NCBI GenBank assembly: GCA_965662895.1
Contig: CBFIJH010000001.1
Span: 96,001 to 160,000 of the forward strand
DNA length: 64,000 bases
Direction of reading: 5' to 3'
Origin: Candidatus Poseidoniaceae archaeon
Lineage (GTDB): Archaea; Thermoplasmatota; Poseidoniia; Poseidoniales; Poseidoniaceae
Positions 1 to 7,031 of this stretch are shown here, piece after piece. Position 1 is the first letter of the stretch. Each line of letters opens with the position of its first letter. Both the position numbers and the translations under genes were made by a program. The notes under the pieces are model-generated. The model saw nothing but the letters and a program-made list of their open reading frames with translations, had not been told where the DNA came from and searched no databases.

Positions 1-416
1 CTCTGTTTGAGTTCAACCAAAATACCGCCAGTGCTTTTCGGATGCACAAAAGCGATGTACGAATTATGAGCTCCTTTTCGGGGAGATTCGTCAATCATGT
101 GGATGTCATTGTTCAATAGATGTTGAATCATCTCATCCAAGTTGTCGACAGCGAGGCACAACTGTTGGATCCCAGGTCCTCGTTTTGCAAGAAACCTTCC
201 GATTGGGGTCTCATGACCAGTTGGCTCAAGGATTTCGATGTTCGTTGCTGAATCAGGAATTTGATCCAACGGAAAAAAACGAGTGATGACGCCTTGGTCT
301 TCCACACGGTCGTCAGTGCCAGAACTCACCAAACCTATGAGTTCCCAAAATCGACTCCCCTCGTCCAAGCTATGTGCAGCGATTCCGACATGATCAATGG
401 TAATTCGTTGTTTCAT
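1..416 (-). CDS. mce: Methylmalonyl-CoA epimerase (VOC/glyoxalase family), 3' end truncated by window edge
   Basis: Not in ORF track. Manual translation from ATG 416 (GGTGA SD upstream) gives MKQRITIDHVGIAAHSL...IEILEP...PIGRFLAKRGPGIQQLCLAVDNL...IAFVHPKSTGGILVELKQ. Lies directly downstream of the mutase. Confidence 0.9.
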   Translation of the reverse strand, partial: MKQRITIDHVGIAAHSLDEGSRFWELIGLVSSGTDDRVEDQGVITRFFPLDQIPDSATNIEILEPTGHETPIGRFLAKRGPGIQQLCLAVDNLDEMIQHLLNNDIHMIDESPRKGAHNSYIAFVHPKSTGGILVELKQ

Positions 417-424
417 GTTCTCAC

Positions 425-1999
425 CTAGAATCCGCTGGGTGCAGAGTACGTGCCAAAGACTTCCTTCATGGCTTGCATGATTTCACCGAGTGTTGCATCA
501 GCTCGAACGGCATCAAGGACAAGAGGAAACAGGTTCGAGCCATCCTTTGCGGCGTTCGTAATACGTTCAAGAATCAGAATGACATCCTCACTCTTCCTAT
601 TTTGACGCAGTTCTTGCAGACGTTCGCATTGCTGTTGAAACACCTTTGGATTCAGTTTCATAGGCTTGATTTGAAGAGATTCGTCCATAGTACCGTGATT
701 AATACCTACAATTTTTCGGGAACCATCCTCAATTTCGTTGAAATAGCGATATGCTGTAGTATGAATTTCTTGTTGCTGATAGCCTTGCTCGATTGCTTTT
801 AATGCGCCACCCATCGATTCAATATGTCGAATCTCTTCTTTTGCTCGTTTGTAAATCTCATCGGTAAGGGATTCAATATGATAGGAACCAGCAAAAGGAT
901 CGACGACATCAGCAACACCCGATTCTTCTGCAATAATTTGTTGTGTACGTAAAGCGATGGTTGCACTTTCCTCTGTGGGTAGTCCCAATGCCTCATCATA
1001 ACTGTTGGTGTGCAGGCTTTGTGTACCACCACATACTGCAGCAAGCGCTTGAATCGTAACACGACTGATGTTGTTCAACGGTTGTTGTGCTGTCAACGAA
1101 ACACCGGCGACTTGTGTATGGAATCGTAATTGGGTTGAACGTGGATTTTTCGGAGAATAACGCTCTTTCATTAAATCGTGCCAGAGCCGTCGTGCAGCGC
1201 GAAATTTTGAGATCTCTTCAAGGAAATCATTGTGACAGTTGAAGAAAAACGATAACCTTGGAGCAAAAGAATCAACCTCCAGCCCTTTGGTATGAGCTGA
1301 TTCAACATAGGCAAGTGCATTTGATAGTGTGAACGCTAATTCTTGAACAGCGGTTGACCCGGCTTCTCGTATGTGATAACCTGAAATTGAAATGGTATTC
1401 CATTTCGGAATATTTTTCGAACAATGTTCGAAGATGTCCGTAATCAAGCGCATGGAATGCTCAGGTGGAAAGACGTATGTGCCGCGTGCAATGTATTCCT
1501 TGAGTATATCATTCTGGATTGTCCCTGAAATTTTTTCACTTGTAACACCTTGTTCTTCAGCCACAACGCAATACATTGCAAGTAAAATCATTGCAGGAGC
1601 GTTAATTGTCATGGATGTCGATACCTTGTTCAATGGTATCTGATCAAACAAATCTCTCATGTCCTGAAGGCAAGAAATTGAGACGCCAACCTTTCCTACT
1701 TCTCCTTCACTCAGCGGATCATCCGCATCAAGGCCTAGCTGTGTTGGTAAGTCGAAGGCGACTGAGAGGCCTTTTTGACCACGGTCGAGCAGGAGTCTAA
1801 AACGCTCATTTGTTTCTTTTGCTGAAGAGAAACCAGCATATTGGCGCATGGTCCACAATCTGTTGCGATACATTTTTTCGTGGATTCCTCGGGTGTATGG
1901 GGGCGATCCGGGAATTTCAGTAGCATCCTTGGGTTTGTGATACGCAGGAATGGGCAAGCCTCCAAGGGTTTCCCAGGATGACTTTCTCAACTCAACCAT
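425..1999 (-). CDS. Methylmalonyl-CoA mutase, substrate-binding (large/N-terminal) subunit
   Basis: PYTRG, WTMRQYAGF (Tyr variant, methylmalonyl-CoA type), GLSVAFDLPT, GTIQNDILKEY, SISGYHIREAG, QSLHTNSYDEA. No fused B12-binding domain. Start 1999 chosen from promoter-box spacing. Confidence 0.93.
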   Translation of the reverse strand: MVELRKSSWETLGGLPIPAYHKPKDATEIPGSPPYTRGIHEKMYRNRLWTMRQYAGFSSAKETNERFRLLLDRGQKGLSVAFDLPTQLGLDADDPLSEGEVGKVGVSISCLQDMRDLFDQIPLNKVSTSMTINAPAMILLAMYCVVAEEQGVTSEKISGTIQNDILKEYIARGTYVFPPEHSMRLITDIFEHCSKNIPKWNTISISGYHIREAGSTAVQELAFTLSNALAYVESAHTKGLEVDSFAPRLSFFFNCHNDFLEEISKFRAARRLWHDLMKERYSPKNPRSTQLRFHTQVAGVSLTAQQPLNNISRVTIQALAAVCGGTQSLHTNSYDEALGLPTEESATIALRTQQIIAEESGVADVVDPFAGSYHIESLTDEIYKRAKEEIRHIESMGGALKAIEQGYQQQEIHTTAYRYFNEIEDGSRKIVGINHGTMDESLQIKPMKLNPKVFQQQCERLQELRQNRKSEDVILILERITNAAKDGSNLFPLVLDAVRADATLGEIMQAMKEVFGTYSAPSGF

Positions 2000-2020
2000 G
2001 ACTCGCCCATGCAAAGACGA

Positions 2021-2028
2021 TTCATCAA
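2021..2028 (-). promoter_or_regulatory. Putative promoter box TTGATGAA at -29..-22 from the mutase ATG
   Basis: Same octamer class and spacing as upstream of many other genes in the window. Confidence 0.55.
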
Positions 2029-2040
2029 GCCTCGCATGAA

Positions 2041-2523
2041 TCAGTGCTGATGTCCGCCAGGTCCATGCGCATGGCCGTGCGCCAATTCTTCAGCAGAAGC
2101 CGCACGCACATCAACAACTTCAACACTAAACTGCAGGGTTTCTCCTGCAAGTTTGTGATTAAAATCTACTGTGACGGTTTCACCCTCAACGGATACAACG
2201 TTGAATGGACCAACATCTGACATGAGGGTCATACCTGGTTCCGGTTTTATATCTCCAAACATTTCGGATGGAATCTGTTGAATTGCTTCAGCATTTTTTT
2301 CTCCATAAGCGCGCTCTGGCTCAAGCGTAAACGTTCGGCGCTCACCTTTTTTAGCACCCATCAATTCTTGCTCAAATCCAGGAATCATTTGCTTGTGCCC
2401 GACGAGAAACGTCAGTGGATCGCGACCCTCACTGCTATCAAAAACTTCGCCGGTTTCAGGTAGAGTACCTGTGTAATGTACTGATGCGACCGCATCCTTT
2501 TCTATTGTTGCCATATTGTTCAT
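2041..2523 (-). CDS. slyD: FKBP-type peptidyl-prolyl isomerase, SlyD family
   Basis: VHYTGTL, FDSS, PLTFLVG, IPGFE, AYG, VDFNHKLAG; His-rich tail HGHAHGPGGHQH. Confidence 0.92.
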   Translation of the reverse strand: MNNMATIEKDAVASVHYTGTLPETGEVFDSSEGRDPLTFLVGHKQMIPGFEQELMGAKKGERRTFTLEPERAYGEKNAEAIQQIPSEMFGDIKPEPGMTLMSDVGPFNVVSVEGETVTVDFNHKLAGETLQFSVEVVDVRAASAEELAHGHAHGPGGHQH

Positions 2524-3401
2524 CTCTTCGTTGTCAAGGCCTTGACGAGGACTCTTAGTTGTTCGGCAATTTCTGGACTGATAATCAGTTGTTCTTGTTT
2601 CTCTTCAATGAAATCAAATGACGCTTCTACACCAATACGTTCACCCTTTGCCCAAATTTGTCCGAGTAGATTTGAACGGTGTTCCTCTGCAACAAATTCA
2701 TTGTCAAGAATATCACGTGCAGCGTATTTGTAATCGTTGTATCGTTGCCGATTCAATTTCTTGACCTTTGGTTGTCGCCCGCCACCGTCATCATAACGTG
2801 AACGTCGTCTTCGATGTTCTCGTTTTTTCGGTGTCTTCGTGGCAATTTGTTTGAATACATTTTTCGATGAAGTACTTTCGACTTCTGGAAGGATTTCGAC
2901 TTCTGGACCGACTACTTCTTCAGGTATCTTCTCTTGAATAGGGGCTTCAGACATCTTGATTGTTTCTTCAATGGTGTTTGTAACGGGGGTGACCTTCGGT
3001 TCAAGAATCGATTCTGTTTTCTTAACGGACTCTTGCGATTGTTTCCTTAACTCGGCAAGACGATCGGCTCGTGAGACTTGTTGAGGCGCATTGTTCGAAT
3101 CAGTCTTTCGAATATCGTCAATATCTACAGCAGGTTTTTGCACAGAAGGCTTTGCTTGTTGTGCCTGTGCTCCGAGTCTTTTTCTTGCTTCCTCTTGCTT
3201 TCTGCGCAAATCATCTTGAACTGCGGTTTGACGAGTCGGGGTGCGTTGCTGACCAGCGTGGCTTGGGGGCGCGGAGGAGTTTCGCTCGCTTCGCTTTTTT
3301 TGGCGAACTTGGTTGGCATTTGCAGCAAATGGATTGAATGGTTCATCCGGTTTTCTGCGCCTGTCTCGAATTTTAAATCCCCCAGTATTCGTAACTCTCA
3401 T
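2520..3401 (-). CDS. Hypothetical protein: long charged/disordered N-terminus, Arg-rich patch and small helical C-terminal domain
   Basis: Uninterrupted ORF between kae1 and slyD, overlapping the slyD start (ATGA). Start uncertain. Confidence 0.7.
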   Translation of the reverse strand: MRVTNTGGFKIRDRRRKPDEPFNPFAANANQVRQKKRSERNSSAPPSHAGQQRTPTRQTAVQDDLRRKQEEARKRLGAQAQQAKPSVQKPAVDIDDIRKTDSNNAPQQVSRADRLAELRKQSQESVKKTESILEPKVTPVTNTIEETIKMSEAPIQEKIPEEVVGPEVEILPEVESTSSKNVFKQIATKTPKKREHRRRRSRYDDGGGRQPKVKKLNRQRYNDYKYAARDILDNEFVAEEHRSNLLGQIWAKGERIGVEASFDFIEEKQEQLIISPEIAEQLRVLVKALTTKR

Positions 3402-3433
3402 TCGACTTGTTAAAAACAATCCGCTACTATCGC

Positions 3434-4450
3434 CTAACTCCAGATGATTGCTGTATCATCCGTGCGCAGGTATTGATTGATTCCACTCGTCTCAAAAGTT
3501 GTCTTCCTGCCAGATTTCAGTTCGATGTATCCGAGCAGTCCAATCATGGTACCGTTATCGATGCAGTACATTCTTGGAGGTGCATGCGAAGTTGCCTCTC
3601 GGTCCTTCGCCATTTGTGAAGACATTTCCCTTAATCGATTGTTGCAGGCTACGCCTCCTCCAAGTAAGACTTCATTTTTACCGCTGTGCGCAAGGGCTCG
3701 TTCAGCAACTTCGATGCAGGCTGCAAATGCATGTTCTTGTAACGACCAACAAACAGCATCCAGATCCTTTCCTTTTTCGATAAGACGTTGTGCAGCAGTG
3801 AGGATGCCCGAAAATGCAAGATCCATACCACGAACCGGATAAGGAAGTTCAAGCCCATCCAGCGTAGCGTCAGGATTATTCTCAATGTATTGTTTCGCTA
3901 GTTTTTCTATGACAGGACCGCCAGGGAATGGAAATCCTTGTTGTCGTGCGAATTTGTCCAGCATATTTCCTATACCTATATCCAAGGTTTCGCCGAGAAC
4001 TCTGTATTTTCCTTGCAATTTAGCGATAACTTGTGTATTTCCTCCACTGACATAGAGGAGAACCGGGTCGTCACATGCACATTGTTGCCTTCCGATTTCA
4101 ATGTGGGCAACACAATGGTTGACGCCAATTAAGGGGACGTTGAGTTTGCTTGCTAAGGTTCTCGCAACAGATGCACCGATTCTTAGACATGGTCCAAGAC
4201 CCGGTCCTTGTGAATAGGAGATTGCACCAATATCGGATGGCTTCAATTGCTGTGACTCCAATACTCGAAAAAACAAGTCGGCGGCAAAATCTCTGTGATG
4301 ATCTGCAGCTTCTCGAGGATGAATTCCACCTTCAAGAGGTTTGATGGTATCTCCAATTGAGGGATATGGAATGCCATCTGCATCAACGAGACCGAATGAA
4401 AATGTGTGCGCTGTGGACTCAATCCCTATAGTCCATTTGCTTTCTTGCAT
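3434..4450 (-). CDS. kae1: tRNA N6-adenosine threonylcarbamoyltransferase Kae1 (KEOPS), not fused to Bud32
   Basis: GIESTAHT, GGIHPREAADHH, GPGLGPCL, VNHCVAHIE, LYVSGGNTQ, GGGVACN, DNGTMI, RTD. Confidence 0.95.
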   Translation of the reverse strand: MQESKWTIGIESTAHTFSFGLVDADGIPYPSIGDTIKPLEGGIHPREAADHHRDFAADLFFRVLESQQLKPSDIGAISYSQGPGLGPCLRIGASVARTLASKLNVPLIGVNHCVAHIEIGRQQCACDDPVLLYVSGGNTQVIAKLQGKYRVLGETLDIGIGNMLDKFARQQGFPFPGGPVIEKLAKQYIENNPDATLDGLELPYPVRGMDLAFSGILTAAQRLIEKGKDLDAVCWSLQEHAFAACIEVAERALAHSGKNEVLLGGGVACNNRLREMSSQMAKDREATSHAPPRMYCIDNGTMIGLLGYIELKSGRKTTFETSGINQYLRTDDTAIIWS

Positions 4451-4471
4451 GGATACCCCTACATGCGATTG

Positions 4472-4479
4472 TTCTTGAA
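4472..4479. promoter_or_regulatory. Putative bidirectional promoter box TTCTTGAA/TTCAAGAA shared by kae1 and hutI
   Basis: Exactly 21 nt separate the box from the kae1 ATG (4450, minus) and from the hutI ATG (4501, plus). Confidence 0.6.
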
Positions 4480-4500
4480 CTCTCACCTACAGCAATGTAC

Positions 4501-5715
4501 ATGCGAACCATATTCCACAATATAGGTTCCATACAAACGCTTGATGAAAACGATTCATTAATTTTTGGAAAAAGTATTGTTGTAGAAAGTAATGTCATAG
4601 TAGATATTTGTGATTCAATAGAAGAATATCAATCCTCAGATTCAAAACTTGTCGATGCAGGTGGCAAAGCGATAGTTCCTGGATTTATTGATGCGCATAA
4701 CCACCTGTTGTGGTCTGGTGATCGATTTAACGAACATAATTTGCGGATGCAAGGCAAATCCTATTCGGATATTGCAAAACTTGGCGGAGGAATAATGCAG
4801 ACGGTTCGCCAGACGCGGGGAAGCAGTGATCAGGAATTACGAGACTTAGGGAAGTCCAGACTACAAGAAGCCCTGCGATACGGTACAACATTCATTGAAG
4901 CGAAATCTGGATATGGACTATCAACAGACTCTGAAATTCGATTGCTGACAATAGCAAAGCAACTAAACGAAGAGGAAAACCTACCCTCGCTTCATTCAAC
5001 ATGGATGGGGGCACACGCTGTTACACCTGAACATACATATTCGACATATACTGAGGAAATACTCTCTGACCAATTACCCTCGATTCTTGACTCAAACCTA
5101 GCTGATTCCGCTGATGTGTTTTGTGAACCTGGATGGTTTACATTGGAACAATCCGAGGACATTTTGCGAGCTTCGAGAAAAGGCGGTCTTGATTTACGAA
5201 TGCATGTTGATGAATTTGTTAATGGAGGTGGTGGTGAACTGGCTGCAGAACTCAAAGTCCGCACAGCGGATCACGCCCATCATACCTCTCGGGACACGCG
5301 TCTGAACATGCGAGATGCTGGAGTCATGACAGGTTTCTTGCCGGGCACACCGTATTGCAATGGTGATTCTTGGCCGGATTTTCAGCAAGCTGAATCGGAC
5401 AACGTGCCATTTACGCTCGCTACGGATTTTAATCCGAATTGTTTCATTAACAGCATTCCATTCATTGGATCCTTGGCTGTGCAACGGAATGGTATGACGC
5501 CATATCGAGCACTTGATTGTGTCACTCGACAAGCAGCGCTCTCAACACCACGTTTGGATGGTTTAGAACATGGTTCGATTAAAATCGGCTCAGTAGCAAA
5601 TTTCAACATCCTCAAGAGTAAACACTGGGAGAGTTGGTGCATGACCCCCGCCACGTCTCCAATTGATTCCGTTTGTCTTGAGGGACAATTTATTGAGTTT
5701 TTATCAAACTCTTAA
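4501..5715 (+). CDS. hutI: Imidazolonepropionase
   Basis: PGFIDAHNH, GGGIMQTV, EAKSGYGL, GAHA, DVFCE, MHVDE, ATDFNP; hutH and hutU nearby. Confidence 0.9.
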   Translation: MRTIFHNIGSIQTLDENDSLIFGKSIVVESNVIVDICDSIEEYQSSDSKLVDAGGKAIVPGFIDAHNHLLWSGDRFNEHNLRMQGKSYSDIAKLGGGIMQTVRQTRGSSDQELRDLGKSRLQEALRYGTTFIEAKSGYGLSTDSEIRLLTIAKQLNEEENLPSLHSTWMGAHAVTPEHTYSTYTEEILSDQLPSILDSNLADSADVFCEPGWFTLEQSEDILRASRKGGLDLRMHVDEFVNGGGGELAAELKVRTADHAHHTSRDTRLNMRDAGVMTGFLPGTPYCNGDSWPDFQQAESDNVPFTLATDFNPNCFINSIPFIGSLAVQRNGMTPYRALDCVTRQAALSTPRLDGLEHGSIKIGSVANFNILKSKHWESWCMTPATSPIDSVCLEGQFIEFLSNS

Positions 5716-5765
5716 CGTAAAGAAATATTTTTGAACAGTAATCTTGAAGTAAATGAGGGATATTC

Positions 5766-6098
5766 ATGGCATGGTTGGAAACGGTTGTATGTTCATCGCT
5801 GAAAAAAGTCGATGCAAGGTTCTTGAGGATCCTCAACTCGCATCAAGAACTCAAACGAAGACAAGACGGGTGTCTTCTTGCGTGGGCTGCGAGATCTGTT
5901 GATGGCCAACCACTGTTTCTTGTCCAAACGTTGTACAAATCCCGTAGCTACATGAAATCGATCACAAAGTTGGTCTCAAACAAGTTGGACCAAGAGCATG
6001 GTCCACTCGAGTCTTTCATGAGTGGTCCTCCTCTAGTTGGCATTTTCGAGGTTGACGAGTTGAAATTCCTCGAACAACTCGAATCTCTCAAAAATTAG
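5766..6098 (+). CDS. Hypothetical protein (110 aa), possibly dimeric alpha+beta barrel fold
   Basis: ORF with GAGGGA SD; alternating strand/helix pattern; fold is a guess. Confidence 0.6.
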   Translation: MAWLETVVCSSLKKVDARFLRILNSHQELKRRQDGCLLAWAARSVDGQPLFLVQTLYKSRSYMKSITKLVSNKLDQEHGPLESFMSGPPLVGIFEVDELKFLEQLESLKN

Positions 6099-6107
6099 AA
6101 CCCCTAC

Positions 6108-6135
6108 GCGTCGTATAATGGTAGTTATACGTCAT
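6108..6135. other. Candidate dif-like tyrosine-recombinase site (11-6-11), or a palindromic operator
   Basis: GCGTCGTATAA-TGGTAG-TTATACGTCAT; perfect CGTATAA/TTATACG inverted repeat around a 6-bp spacer, in an intergenic region. Confidence 0.45.
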
Positions 6136-6328
6136 TCTTCTGACTAACCCACATTGAAGAGCGTCTTCATTTTCCCATGAGTAGTGTGCAGTACGCTGTT
6201 TACACATATTTCAAGTTGATGAATTTTCAAAAATTCCTTTTTTGATGGTGCAAAGTAGGGGGTAAAAGGCGGATAATTGGCATTTCTTTGCCAAAGAGTT
6301 CATACAGTTCCTTCTATGGTTTGATTCC

Positions 6329-6481
6329 ATGACATCGATTGAGGGTTTTTGTCTGAAATGCAAAACATATGGACCAATCAAAAATGGGAAGGAAGTCAAA
6401 ATGGCAAATGGTCGAACACGATTTGCTGGTATGTGTTCACAGGATGGATGTACTGGAAAAATTTCCAAAATCATTTCCTAA
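6329..6481 (+). CDS. 50-aa Zn-ribbon-like microprotein (DUF5679-like)
   Basis: Below ORF-track cutoff. Manual translation MTSIEGFCLKCKTYGPIKNGKEVKMANGRTRFAGMCSQDGCTGKISKIIS; FCxKC...NGR..GxC...C pattern. Confidence 0.75.
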   Translation: MTSIEGFCLKCKTYGPIKNGKEVKMANGRTRFAGMCSQDGCTGKISKIIS

Positions 6482-6505
6482 ACCAAATCCATTCCTACCG
6501 ATGTG

Positions 6506-6513
6506 AATAAATA
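6506..6513 (+). promoter_or_regulatory. TATA-like box for tRNA-Val
   Basis: AATAAATA ending 27 nt upstream of the mature tRNA 5' end. Confidence 0.45.
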
Positions 6514-6539
6514 CGCGTCTATGGTGGAACAACTACCTA

Positions 6540-6615
6540 GGGCTCGTGGTCTAGGGGTTATGACGTTGCCTTGACATGGCAAAGATCGAGAGTTCGATTC
6601 TCTCCGAGCCCACCA
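6540..6615 (+). tRNA. tRNA-Val(GAC), CCA encoded, no intron
   Basis: Acceptor GGGCTCG/CGAGCCC, anticodon arm TTGCC-TTGACAT-GGCAA, T arm GAGAG-TTCGATT-CTCTC, 3' ACCA. Confidence 0.96.
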
Positions 6616-6675
6616 GTGATATTCCATCATATATTCTAAGTAAATCGTTTCTACTAATCATTTAATGAATAATAT

Positions 6676-7029
6676 TTATTCACTAATCACTTCGACATCT
6701 TCAGGCTTGTATCTGGTTTCCACGTTCACTGGCTCATCATCATCAAGATCTGAAAAATCAGTATTCCCTCCTTGCCATGATTGAATTTCATTTGTTTCAT
6801 CAAACGATTCCGAGACCAACTTTGCAGATGATGATAATGAATAAGCTGATGGATCGATTTCTCTTTCCTGTACGCGTTCTGAAGGAGTAGGGGCTTTTCT
6901 TTCTTCCATTGGCAGGGTGGAATGGAATAATCCACATTCAGGGCATTTGAACGTTCCTTTTGTTTCGATTGTACCGCATGATGGGCAACGAACCGTTGAA
7001 AGTAGAGTGAAAAGAGGGTCGTTCGACAA
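6676..7029 (-). CDS. Small Zn-ribbon protein with acidic tail
   Basis: CPSCG...FKCPECG; starts 2 nt after the stop of the EF-hand gene (TTG start). Confidence 0.65.
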   Translation of the reverse strand: MSNDPLFTLLSTVRCPSCGTIETKGTFKCPECGLFHSTLPMEERKAPTPSERVQEREIDPSAYSLSSSAKLVSESFDETNEIQSWQGGNTDFSDLDDDEPVNVETRYKPEDVEVISE

Positions 7030-7031
7030 AG

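Noticed and set aside
3434-4450. Kae1 lacking a Bud32 fusion as a novelty
   Set aside because: Stand-alone Kae1 is common in archaea; Bud32 is probably encoded elsewhere
6111-6131. Resemblance to a loxP core (TCGTATA-N8-TATACG), suggesting vector contamination
   Set aside because: The outer ATAACT/AGTTAT arms are absent and there is no vector sequence around it; dif-like or operator readings fit better
6211-6474. 87-aa minus-strand ORF from the track
   Set aside because: The plus-strand 50-aa Cys-motif ORF at 6329-6481 is the more plausible gene
6540-6675. tRNA as an integration site for a mobile element
   Set aside because: No integrase, no duplicated tRNA 3' end noticed, and flanking genes look chromosomal
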